From Eledone cirrhosa (lineage: Eukaryota), in assembly GCA_964016885.1 (NCBI GenBank), contig OZ024747.1:36704001-36768000 (forward strand): a stretch of 64,000 bases of DNA, written 5' to 3'. Below the pieces are notes generated by a model that saw only the letters and a program-made list of their open reading frames with translations, was not told the origin of the DNA and did no database searches. This document shows, piece after piece, positions 1 to 11,907 of the stretch. Made by a program: the position numbers and the translations under genes. Position 1 is the stretch's first letter, and every line of letters begins with the position of its first letter.

Positions 1-955
1 AATCGGGCCTCCGCCATACCCACATAGGATTTGACCTCCTGTGATTGATTTGGTCAGTTGGAAGTGACCACAGCTTCATAAATTACATCGGGTGTTTTGC
101 ATTGCTGTTGAAGGAGACAAGCTTCGGGCTACGGCTAGAGGAGCCTGGTGGGGTGTTGCTCTTAGGGCTGTGGGTGATGTGGGCCTTCATGTTCTTAGCG
201 CAGGAGTATCCTAGTTTTACTTTGTGTCGGTTAAAGATGGAGCGATATTTATGACCTATGGGAAAGTGTCTATCTAAGAGAGCTAGAAATGTTTTGCCTA
301 CATTGGTTTTAACGTTGAGTGAGAAGGGAGGAGATAACCAGACAGTTTGTCTATTGTTACGCTTTCTTTTCTTATTGCTGGTGTTGTTAGTGGGAGAGTA
401 AGTGATAGGGTGCGAGACGCCGCTGTTAGCTAACGCCGTGTTATAGTAGGGTGCTACTCTGTCAAAGATAGCCTTATTAGAGGAGAGGTTTGATATTCTA
501 ATACTGATATTATATACGAAGTTTCTAAAAACAGTGGGAGGGTGGCATGATTCGTGTGAATGTAATTGAGTTTTTCGTTTAGCTTATGGAAGGAAATCAA
601 CAATGTCAAACTGTGTGAACTTCGCTTTTTTGGATTTGAAGGAGTTAAACCACTTAATGATGGAGTCGTTCTTCTCCCACTGGGGAAGGTTGGACTTGGT
701 CCTAATGGTCTTCACTATGTTTCTAAGTATGGCCTTACTGACTAGTCCCATATCTGTGCGTGCCGGGTTTAGAGGTCTACATGTGGGGTTAAAAGCAAAG
801 TCTTCCTTGTGATCTTTCAGGGTGAGGAACACCTCCCGATTAACTAGAGATTGAAGCTTCTTATCTACCTAAGGGCGGCGGAAAGTTCTTTGGCTTCTGT
901 ATTAATATCGCGGTAACCCATAGGGTTACCTTTCTTATATTTGGAAGTAATAGCA
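1..955 (-). mobile_element. Penelope-like element fragment (RT, thumb and start of GIY-YIG), internally deleted and frameshifted; Hydra-like
   Basis: ORF 584-832 reads TLKDHKEDF..NPTCR..NPA..FTQFDIVDF (PLE RT). Further along the minus strand are WLSPPFSLNVKTNVGKTFLALLDRHFP and VIYEAVV..YVG (GIY-YIG) at about 1-100. Confidence 0.85.
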
Positions 956-1432
956 GCGCGCGTGTATATACGTGTGTATATATACACACGCAAAGCTGCC
1001 TTACCAATTGAACTCGAATACCCTAATACGTCCATTCAAAAGAAAAATAGAGCCGATCATCTCACAAATGACAAAATACAATATATTTTTGTCAGATCAC
1101 CGCTCTGAAGAGCAGATCGATAACGGAGTAGGGACCATACCTCATATGGATGACTCTGAGTTAATCCTCTGCGAAACGCACATAAAAGGCCGATACACAA
1201 TACAAATCTAATACATGTAAACGAAAAGGCATATCGTTTTGTTCCAGAGGTTGTGAATATTTCTTATTATGGATAGCTTTAGCGAATGCCGTTGCTTGAC
1301 TCAACAAGAGGTTTACGTAGATGACGACTTTATGATTTAACTTGTATTCCTATGTATGTTTATCTTGGAGTAATAAAATTGAAAAAGTGTAGAACAACAT
1401 GTCAACAGTACAAAAAAGAGGATTTATTTGTA

Positions 1433-1538
1433 GTCTAACAATTGTTTCACTGATAAAGTTGTCTAAAAATTGCTGAACACTAAAAGTAGTGCCACTCAAT
1501 TTTAAATACGATGTTACCTCTATCAGATCTTCGGAAAC
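1433..1538 (-). ncRNA. Type I hammerhead-like motif, long stem II
   Basis: gttt-CCGAAGA-t-ctgatagag...ctttatcag-t-GAAA-CAATTG-TT-agac, with palindromic stem III ACAATTGT. Confidence 0.6.
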
Positions 1539-3507
1539 TGGCAAAAAAATATATATGTAACTGGCAAATTTACAAATGCAAATTACATAATCAACAATAA
1601 TATTGATATTAAAGATATAGAGAGAAAATGAGGAAGAAAAGGAGATAGATACAGTAAAGAAAGAAAGGAAAGGAATGAGAAAGAAGAAGAAGGAAAAAGA
1701 AAAAAGAAAAAGAGAAAGCAGAAGAAAAAGGAGAAATTATTATAGATAGAAATATAAAGATAAGATATATAGATGATGGTAGATAGAAGAGAGACAAACA
1801 TAAGTAGAAATAACGTAGGATAGAAAGAAGAATAGAGGGACAAATAAATGAATAAACGTTAATACATGAATAAATGTAAATAAAAATAAATATAGATATA
1901 TCAAAAATATATGAAAAAATATATTAAAACATATATATAAAAGAAAATTGATAAATAAATAAATAAATAAATAATATATCTAATGTGATATAAAATGGTA
2001 TAGAATGTGAAAAATGAAGAATAAAAATATATAAATACGTAAAAGGAGTAAAAATGTGCGAAGAATATTTAAGCATATTAAAATTATTGAGAACGGTTTT
2101 TGAGAACTGTTGAAATATATTGATAGATAATAAGGTGAAAATATGATAATGTTAAATATATTTATGTGTGTATTGGTTACCTTAATAAATAAATTAATTA
2201 ATTAGTTTTAAGTTATATTATATGATAAAATAAAATGACAGAGATGATATTAAATTTAGGGAGAGAAATATAAAGATAGAGAGTGAAATATAGAGATATA
2301 TAAAATAAGAATGTAAATATAAAAGGTATTGATGTTGTTCTTTGATAGATGATGACAATTATAATTATAATTATAATGATGATGATGTTGATAATGTGAT
2401 ATCATAATAGATCCAAGTGGTACAATCTGGGTTATGGAATAGATGAGATGGAATTAAGCTGGTCTAAAGTTCTCAAATTTAGTCGCCGATTTATGTCGAC
2501 AAAAAATAGTTTTTTCAATTTTACTGTTAAGAACAATTTTGTTGTAATTTAAAATTTGGAAAAGTTCCATATTACAGAGTCCGCAGTGGGACAAACCAAT
2601 TTGATAGACCTTTGCTTTTTATATCTTTGTCCAGCTGATTTTATATTCCATGTTTGCATCTTTGAGTTGCCAGATTTTATTGACGAGAGTCGTTGACTTT
2701 GAGAGATTCCTGTTAATCATATCATAGAGTGTCTATGTACGTACCACCTTTTCTTAAACTCCCCAGCTGTGGAACCAATGTAATGCTATGCTAAGCAACA
2801 TGAATTTATAGTACATAGGTATATTATATTTGTCTCTAGGCATCTATTTTGTAAAGGGCATTTGTCAGGTAGATGGCAGTTACATTTAGATGATTTTCTA
2901 TGCGCCGGTTCTTCTATATGGTTTTGTAGGTTGCTATGTATGGGCTGAGAATTAGGTTTGTTTATGTATTGTGATGAGGTGTTCTGACGTCTGTTCGGTT
3001 GTGATGATGTTATATGCTTATGTTTTGTATTTGGTGTTATGGTACTTATTTGCAGGCCACTTGTACTATAAATTCTTTTATAGTTAATTTTATGTATGTG
3101 CGATTCTATGTTGTTGGCAGTGGAGTATGATAGTTTGATAGTTTTTCTATTAAAGGGAAATGTTTGTCAACTAATTTGAAGAAAGTGTAAAGTAGCTTAG
3201 ATTTTATAGAGGAGTCAAACTTTGGATTGAACCATAAGTAGTTTCTATTTCTGCATCCTCTATAGTTATTAGTGGTCTCTGTATTAGCATTATGTTCTTT
3301 TAATTTACGTGCTTGTTGCCAATTTTTATGCTTAGTCCTAGGTTTGTTGTTTCTTCTTCTTCTTTCTCCTTCCTTACCTTTCTTTATTTACTGTATCTAT
3401 CTCCCTTTCTTCCTCCTTTTCACTCTATATCTTTAATTTTAATATTAATATTGATGATGTAATTTGAATTTGTAAATTTGCCGGTTACATATATATATTT
3501 TTTGTCA

Positions 3508-3614
3508 GTTTCCGAAAGATCTGATAGAGCTAACATCGTATTTAAAATTGAGTGGCACTACTTTTAGTGTTCAGAAATTTTTAGACAACTTTATCAGTGA
3601 AACAATTGTTAGAC
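3508..3614 (+). ncRNA. Hammerhead-like motif (inverted copy of 1433-1538)
   Basis: gttt-CCGAAAGA-tctgatagag...ctttatcagt-GAAA-CAATTG-TT-agac; the core carries one extra A. Confidence 0.5.
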
Positions 3615-3768
3615 AGCAAATAAATTCCCTTTTTTGTACTGTTGACCATGTTATTCTCCACTTTTTCAATTATATATATAGGAAACATTCCTATTACCCA
3701 CCCTACTACCCTATGTATTGAGTACTCTAGTGCGTTATGGTCCATCTGCTTCCTTACCACACTCCTTC

Positions 3769-3817
<49 letters not shown>

Positions 3818-3819
3818 AA

Positions 3820-4269
3820 AGTTATATTTAAAATTGTTGGGTTACAACTAGTAAATATTTATAACTGATATAAAAGCACTCGACAAATATTTGGAGTATA
3901 TTTACAATATTAAATAAATGGAAACTATATTTATAAAACCATATTTATTTCACTATATATATTTCGGGGATATCATATTAACAATATGCTATGCCTTCCT
4001 CAGACAAAATACAATATAAACAGTTTTATAGATAAATAGATTCGACATACCGTTATAACACCGACTTGCATTTGAAGAGGTTAAGCTGGCAGCTTAACCT
4101 CTTCAAATGCAAGTCGGTGTTATAACGGTATGTCGAATCTATTTATCTATAAAACTGTTTATATTGTATTTTGTCTGAGGAAGGCATAGCATATTGTTAA
4201 TATGATATCCCCGAAATATATATAGTGAAATAAATATGGTTTTATAAATATAGTTTCCATTTATTTAAT

Positions 4270-4275
<6 letters not shown>
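3820..4275. mobile_element. Non-coding fold-back mini-element (pLTR-derived) between (TA)n tracts
   Basis: Perfect palindrome 3903-4275 centred on 4089. The left arm extends about 80 bp further. Homologous to 8298-8647 and to about 33325-33525. Confidence 0.8.
4168..4231 (+). ncRNA. Hammerhead motif, partly decayed (mirror copy at 3947-4010 on minus)
   Basis: attttgt-CTGAGGA-stem II with mismatches-GAAA-TATATA-TA-gtgaaat. Confidence 0.55.
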
Positions 4276-4320
<45 letters not shown>

Positions 4321-4462
4321 AAATGTTTAATATTAACGGTCGGAAGAATGTCTATTCAATACTATAATAAAGTTGGATTTTTTAATGGTAAAATTTGGCC
4401 CTGTATTTACTCGATAGGAATTGTCACATAAAACTCCAGATTAACAGGAATTTGACTTGACC

Positions 4463-4538
<76 letters not shown>

Positions 4539-5899
4539 CGGTGTTACAGTATGATCTATGCCTTCGTGTCTAAACATAAAAAAATACGAAGGAATGTATG
4601 ATATACTTTTTTGGAGAATCATATACATTTTGTTTTACCTATAAATGTAGAAAATATTATTTGTTTCTACATTATACAGACATTCATGCGTGAGTATATT
4701 TCTGGATATCCATATGAATAAACAAACCTTATGTTTTATATTTAAAGTATTTGTTCGTGTTTTATTCATATAAATCTTGTTTTGTGAACGTTACAACTAT
4801 TTACATGGACATTTGTCATTACACTTGCGAAGTATAATGCATGCTATCATATATGGAATTGTGTATTTTTCAGCACAATATCTGTTTGCAAACAAATGTC
4901 TTTTTTCCATGCGTACATGATTAGAATTCAATGAAATATCCCTTTTTAAATCTTTCACAATTATTATTGTCTTGCTGTGAGTTTTTTCGTTTTTGTGTTT
5001 TATTATGTTTTATTTTACTTTTATTTCATCTTTTGTTGATGATTTCTACTTTGCAAATTTTAAAGTTCGCATTTAATCAAATATTTTCTATTGTTAACTA
5101 CACAATATATAATATAGTTCGTTCGACAGAGCAGAGAGAGAACGGAAATTAAAATGGACCCCATGACTTAGGAGTATGTTGATTCAAAATTTACGCTTGT
5201 ATGTAATTAAGGAAATAAGATATAAAACATAAATGTATACGAAAACAAGTAATGAAGGGGGAGGAGAAAATTCATATAAAGAATGTGCTATTATAATGTT
5301 AAAATATTGAATTTCATAACCAAATTTCCAATACTAACGACCATAAATCTTTGTGTTGAATTAGTCTCGTTTTCATTTTATTTGAATTCATATATCTTCT
5401 TTTAATGAATATATATATACATGCATATTTGAAGTATATTCCCAAGTAATTATTCTTAAGTTTGGTACATATTTCACAAACAGGGTGTATTGTTTACTAT
5501 ACATTTCAGCAGATAGTTGTTTTTCCTACCTGGATATGGTGAAGAATTGTTCATGCCCTGTTAAATAAGCAGCTACCTCAAAAGAGATCGAGTTTTCATC
5601 TTTTATAGAAGCTCCCTATATCTAGCCGCCCGATACAGTGTGCGTCGCTGTATAGAGCAGGTACTAATTAACATATTGACACAGGAAAACATGTGAAGAA
5701 TCCTGAGAATTCAGCTGTAGTGTTGATTATTTACAAACAAATAGTTCGAGAGTATAGAACGTTGGTGGAATATCAAGGTGGTAATGTTAACCAATGTCCC
5801 TCAGCCGCTACTAGCTTTACTATAAATGTGGATCTAGACAATGCAAAATCTACGTCTCAGCACGTTTTTGTCGATAATATATATTTAATAATTAGCTGT

Positions 5900-6188
5900 A
5901 TACCTACTGTGTTGTCCAAAAGAAGCCGGAATTAAGCAATTCACTAGAGTTACTACCAGGAGTATAAATATCGACAGCCAATCGACTTTCGTCAAATCGG
6001 ACGAGGAAACAGTATTTCCATTGGTTTTTCCAATTACTAATAGAATCTGTCGGTCGGAACTCCATATAGGAGCAACGTCAAATAAAGTGTCTTGCCCAAT
6101 GACATAACCCATCGCCGGGTTCGGGAATCAAACTCACAATCGCACCGTTGCAAATCCAATTCTCTAACCACTTAGCCACGCGCCTTCA

Positions 6189-6190
<2 letters not shown>
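5900..6190 (-). mobile_element. tRNA-derived SINE
   Basis: Minus strand has A-box-like tggctaagtggttaga, B-box-like agtttgattccc, then ttgggcaagacactttattt. Same family as 24074-24450. Confidence 0.75.
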
Positions 6191-6269
<79 letters not shown>

Positions 6270-6444
6270 TAGTATATCTACTAACATATGCGTACAGATG
6301 TACACTAATGCTAGCAAATACATAAGTTATGTCATAGTACCTAGGCGGTTCAATGCAGGAGGATGCAGAACAATAATATGAAAGACGTAAAATAAGAAAA
6401 TTAAAAAAAAAATTAAAAAAATTAACTTACTTACTAAAATGTTC

Positions 6445-6526
6445 ACTCCAACTAATTAGTTTCTGTAATGGGATAAAGACAGTTACGTAATATAACCGTC
6501 GAGAATTCATTACGTCATCAGGGAGT
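6445..6526 (-). ncRNA. Type I hammerhead ribozyme, unit 1
   Basis: actcc-CTGATGA-cGTAATG...CATTACa-GAAA-CTAATTAG-TT-ggagt, with 5-bp stem I and palindromic stem III ACTAATTAGT. Confidence 0.75.
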
Positions 6527-6989
6527 CTATTCTCAGCTAAGTCTCCAGGCAATGCGCGGACACTGGGAACTCATATAAAAATAATAATAATTCGGTAGAT
6601 GGAAGAGCTAGCGGGGACTGGATTCCATGCACTGAAAATCTCGCTGTCTCTGGTCAAATGGCAGATTCTAAAGAATCAATCACGTGACACTGAGGCTAGT
6701 CGGAAGGAGTAGGATGGTAGGATGACAGAAGCCTACTACCACACCAGTGAATTAGTAGTGGTTTTGGCAGGATTGCTTAACAAATAAATAATTTGGAGAT
6801 AAATATAGAGAATTTAGTATATCTACTAACATATGCGTACAGATGTACACTAATGCTAGTAAATACATAAGTTATGTCATAGTACCTAGGTGGTTCAATG
6901 CAGGAGGATGCAGAACAATAATATGAAAGACGTAAAATAAGAAAATTAAAAAAAAAATTTAAAAAATTAACTTACTTACTAAAAGTTTC

Positions 6990-7071
6990 ACTCCAACTAA
7001 TTAGTTTCTGTAATGGGATAAAGACAGTTACGTAATATAACCGTCGAGAATTCATTACGTCATCAGGGAGT
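6990..7071 (-). ncRNA. Type I hammerhead ribozyme, unit 2
   Basis: Same motif as 6445-6526. Confidence 0.75.
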
Positions 7072-7534
7072 CTATTCTCAGTTAAGTCCCCAGGCAATGC
7101 GCGGACACTGGGGACTCATATAAAAATAATAATAATTCGGTAGATGGAAGAGCTAGCGGGGACTGGATTCCATGCACTGAAAATCTCGCTGTCTCTGGTC
7201 AAATGGCAGATTCTAAAGAATCAATCACGTGACACTGAGGCTAGTTGGAAGGAGTGGGATGGTAAGATGACAGAAGCCTACTACCACGCCCGAGAATTAG
7301 TAGTGGTTTTGGCAGGTTTGCTCAACAAATAAATAATTTGGAGATAAATATAGAGAATTTAGTATATCTACGAACATATGCGTACAGATGTACACTAATG
7401 CTAGCAAATACAGAAGTTATGTCATAGTACCTAGGTGGTTCAATGCAGAAGGATGCAGAACAATAATATGAAAGACGTAAAATAAGAAAATTTAAAACAA
7501 AATTTTAAAAATTAACTTACTTATTCAAATTTTC

Positions 7535-7616
7535 ACTCCAACTAATTAGTTTCTGTAATGGGATAAAGACAGTTACGTAATATAGCCGTTGAGAATTCAT
7601 TACGTCATCAGGGAGT
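7535..7616 (-). ncRNA. Type I hammerhead ribozyme, unit 3
   Basis: Same motif; substitutions only in the stem II insert. Confidence 0.75.
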
Positions 7617-7778
7617 CTATTCTCAGCTAAGTCTCCAGGAAATGCTGATGACGTAATGAATTCTCGACGGTTATATTACGTAACTGTCTTTATCCCATTA
7701 CAGAAACTAATTAGTTGGAGTGAAAATTTTAGTAAGTTAATTTTTTTTATTTTTTTTTTAATTTTCTTATTTTACGTC

Positions 7779-7834
<56 letters not shown>

Positions 7835-8114
7835 TCCTCCTAGTTCTTCATCCCCTTCTCCCCCCCCCCCCCCCACTACTACCACTACAGCCTTACCCAA
7901 CAGCTTAAACAGAACTGATTCTTCCCTGCTACTCCCACAGTTGGTAATGACACACCTAAGGTCAACACTAAGAGAGAAAGAAAGAAAACTATAGACAAAA
8001 ATGTGAACTTTTCTTCATATATATGTATGTAAAAACAATGTTTCCCCATACTTTTAATGTTCTTATTAACACGCAATTTAATTGCATTATACACTTCCGC
8101 ATTATACACTTCCG

Positions 8115-8151
8115 TTGCGTGAAAAAGCGCATTAAGCTGAAACCGGTACAA
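8115..8151 (+). ncRNA. Hammerhead-like variant (altered core)
   Basis: ttg-cgTGAAAA-AGC-gcattaa-GCT-GAAA-CCGG-TA-caa. Confidence 0.4.
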
Positions 8152-8247
8152 ATAATGCGGAAATTCCTATTTTGTAAATAAATATGTTGATGTTATTCTG
8201 AGAGAAAATCACTTTATCATTTTCTACTTTTTTTTTTTTTTTACTAT

Positions 8248-8297
<50 letters not shown>

Positions 8298-8299
<2 letters not shown>

Positions 8300-8646
8300 T
8301 ATATTTAATTTGTTGGGATATAAGAAGCAAAATATTTTTATAACTGATATAAAGCACTCAACAAATTATTGGAGTAAATATACAATATATTAACAAATGG
8401 AAACTATATTTATAAAACCATATTTATTTCATTATACAAATTTCAAGGGCCACCAAGGCAAACTATGGTGCGCTTTCATCAGATAAAATATAATATAGGT
8501 TAGTTTTATAAATAATTTATAAAACTAACCTATATTATATTTTATCTGATGAAAGAGCACCATAGTTTGCCTTGGTGGCCCTTGAAATATGTATAATGAA
8601 ATAGATATGGCTTTATAAATATAGTTTCCATTTGTTAATATATTGT

Positions 8647-8647
<1 letters not shown>
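8298..8647. mobile_element. Second fold-back mini-element of the same family as 3820-4275
   Basis: Near-perfect palindrome 8381-8647 centred on 8514, flanked by (TA)n. Confidence 0.8.
8539..8602 (+). ncRNA. Type I hammerhead ribozyme (mirror copy at 8426-8489 on minus)
   Basis: attttat-CTGATGA-aagagcacca...tggtggccctt-GAAA-TATGTA-TA-atgaaat. Confidence 0.7.
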
Positions 8648-8723
<76 letters not shown>

Positions 8724-9589
8724 ACCCAGAGAGGGAGAGTAGATAGAGCTAGGCAAACATAGATATATACATATATACTTATATATATATATTAAACACT
8801 GAGACTCACACATACAAATATATATATATATATGGGTGATTGACTGGGTGTTTGTTTGATTATTGGCTTGATTGTGTACCAGCAAGAACACATATGTATA
8901 ATGAAGCTCAAATGTTAATAGTCACATTTATACGCATAATAAAATTACAAAACAATTAAAAGAAAAAAATAGTTAATATTTAAAAGGGGCATCTCAAAAC
9001 AAATATATCACAGACGAAATTATTCTCCCAGACTGTAAATATAGTTATTTGTCAAAGTACATTACGAAATGAATTCTGAAGCAGATAGTTACCAAATTTA
9101 TTAAAATACATTTAAACAACAAACAAATACAACAATCTCAGCGCGAAACAAAGAAATATATAAATGCGTTTATAAAAGTTGTGTGCATCTAGGAAACGAA
9201 ACATTAAAACAAATCGCTCTTAATAAATTGTATCACGATGTGATTTATTCTTTTTAAACATGTAATTCCTAATCCAGGCAGATGGGCTCCTTGAAAATAT
9301 AATGGTCTTTTTTTCGAAAATCGAATACCCAAACAATACCGAAACAAGCGAAACATCTTATAATTTCGTTGTTTTTAAAACTGAAATATTACTATATTAG
9401 TATTTGACAATCTCAATGTTAATGGACGTGTGAACACCATAGCTTGAATTTAGCATCAAGCACTGTGTAACTGGCAGAGGTGATCACGCATTCATTTTGT
9501 CTCAATGGCCCATGTCTAACATAGTTTCGAAGAGGTTCAATGTTGATTATATCAACAACCATACGTGAATGGTGTTTTATTTTGTCAAC

Positions 9590-9715
9590 ACTGGAAGGAG
9601 GAAATGCGAACTTGATCTCGGCGGAATTTATACTCAGAATGGAAAGAGCCGAAACTAAGACCGTGATGACATTTTATCTGACCATCTATCAATCCTACTA
9701 ATCAACCCCGCTATC
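9590..9715 (-). mobile_element. Decayed SINE of the 21066 family
   Basis: ctcggcggaatttatactcagaat is the reverse complement of the family motif ttctgagttcaaatcccgccgag. Confidence 0.55.
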
Positions 9716-11099
9716 TATTTTTCCCAGATTTAAGACGATACTTAGAATTTAACCTCATTCTAGATAACAAATGTTTACATATAAATCTGCCAGTAACGAA
9801 CAGTCATCTTTGTTTTTCTTATCAATGAACATCGAGCACTTTTCTCGTTAATTTATTTACAATGAATTTATACTTAAGCCAATATAATAATCATATTTTC
9901 TTGTGGATATCGTCGACCGCTTGGGAACATTAAATGTACTTTACCTCTAATACGAACACGAGACCTCGAATATTTTTTTCTTTGTTCATATTCGGGGATT
10001 GGTGCTACTGTATATGTTTTCTACTAGTTCAAGTCAGATTGGACAGGTCTATGTTCAAGGCTTTTCAGGTACATTCCTCTTACATTTTAATGATCACATG
10101 ATCTAATAGTTACTTATCTTTTCTGACACAATATTGGGAACTTTGAAGTTGATTTATTTGCTTATATCTGTCAGCTCATATTCACGTACAGTTTGTGGTT
10201 CGAGATATAATGTGCCATGAGTAATTATCACGAAAGATGAATAAAGATTAACCCTTTCATGACAATATTCCTAATTGCATTCTATTCCAATTAATGAAGA
10301 ATCTTGGAGGATTTACTAAAATTGTTTAATAATCTCATTTTTAAGTTTGTAACTAAATGTAAGGTAAACATGTGAAATTAAGTAGGATGATTTTAATTTA
10401 AATAGGAAATCTTTAAAATGTGTGATTTTATTTCACAGAATCAGAGCCAGTTTTGGCCGGGATGGTAACAAAAGTGTTAAGAAAAAGAATTGAAAGAAAT
10501 GAAATCACATTGATTCCTGTTCCACCTGGTTTCCAGCCTTCATATTCTCAATTTGTAATATTGTTTACTGATTTGATGCTGTCTATCCATACATGATTTC
10601 GCTGTTTCGAATAATGAATGTCTAACTAAATTCCCTAGGAAGTAAGGTTATTCACAATATCGCTATATACAAAGAGTTGTCAAATATTATTAACATATGT
10701 GATTAACTCATAGAATTCAATTGGGGACACCAAATTATGGATATGGAATTATACACAGCAAACAAGCTGTGAAGTAGTTAAATAGACATATTCATAAAAG
10801 ACTAAAATGTCAATAATTGCCGAAATATCTGTATAGAATATCAAAAATGTTCGCAAAATATAAATAAATTTCCTATATATATATATTTTGTTCAAGTAAA
10901 TAACATTCATATCAATGGACTGTCTGCTGTTAATACGTAACACTCTGATAGGAAGATATAGAAATATTTGTATACTATTGCACAGATGTAGACAATGAAT
11001 AATTCTTAACTAGAAATACATCCAACATCTAAATGGCGTGTCATAGCCAATACAAATAACTTAGGCATATAAATCTCATGGTGCACGGTGTGATACAAA

Positions 11100-11907
11100 A
11101 ATATTTTTTCTAACATTGGTACAATGCCGGTAATTTAGGGGAGGTGAAAGTCGATATTGACCCCATTACTTTACTGGTACTTTATTGTATGGAACCACGA
11201 TGGATAAAACGCAAAGTTGAACTCGGCTGGATTTGAATGCCGTAGATAAAACCCCCCAAATTAATTTTATCCGATGCTCTAACGATTCAGCCAAACCACG
11301 ATCTTTTTAATAATAGTTTCTGTTTTGGGACAAGGCCGGCAATTTGAATCGTTGAAAAATGATGTCAATCAAATTGATACCATTTAATGGTACTTTAGCT
11401 ATTTTAGTTAATGGTACTTTATTTTATCCAGTCTGTAAGTATAAAAACGAAAAGCCAATCTCTGCGTTATTTAAAATAACAATAATAATTGTTTCTACTT
11501 ATGGCACAAGGCCAGCAATTACCCAGTGTATTACTGGTACTTTATTTTATCGACCCCATAAGGATGAAAGGCAAAGTTAACCTATGCTGGATTTGAACTC
11601 AGTCCGTAAAGGGACGTAACTGTGCTGCAAAGCATTGCGTCCGACCATCTACCGATACTGCCAATTCACCAACCTAAAAATAACAATAATAATAATTGTT
11701 TCTACTTTAGGCATAAGCCAACAATATGAGGGGGGGGGTCGATTAAATAGTCCTCAGTTCATGACTGCTACTTTCTTTTACCGACCCAATAAGGATGAAA
11801 GGGAAAGATAACCTCGGCGGAATCTGAACTCAGAATGTTAAGGGTCGTACCACTATGCCGCGAAGCATGGTGCTCGACGCTCTACCGGTACTGCCAATCC
11901 ACTGCCC
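11100..11907 (-). mobile_element. Head-to-tail cluster of about 4 SINE copies separated by (AAT)n tails
   Basis: Repeated gtttctactt..ggcacaaggcc..caatt, cgacccc..aaggatgaaagg and ctcggcggaatctgaactcagaa motifs. Confidence 0.85.

Larger units (their letters stand above)
1340..3671 (-). mobile_element. 5'-truncated PLE (GIY-YIG half) with 3' pLTR and an inverted pLTR copy at its 5' end
   Basis: Minus strand about 2440-3330 encodes WFNPKFDSSIKSKLLYTFFKLVDKHFP, CNCHLPDKCPLQNRCLE and HYIGSTAGEFKKR. About 1376-1690 is a diverged inverted repeat of about 3355-3671. Confidence 0.85.
6261..7783 (-). repeat. 545-bp tandem array (about 2.5 units) plus a terminal inverted partial copy; each unit carries a hammerhead (retrozyme or pLTR-multimer-like)
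   Basis: gaatttagtatatctac recurs at 6265, 6810 and 7355. Segment 7645-7783 is an inverted copy of the HHR region. Flanks are (TA)n(GA)n on the left and (TA)n on the right. Confidence 0.9.

Noticed and set aside
7144-7332. 62-aa ORF in the 545-bp unit
   Set aside because: Interrupted by a stop (TAG) in unit 1, antisense to the HHR, and without recognisable motifs.
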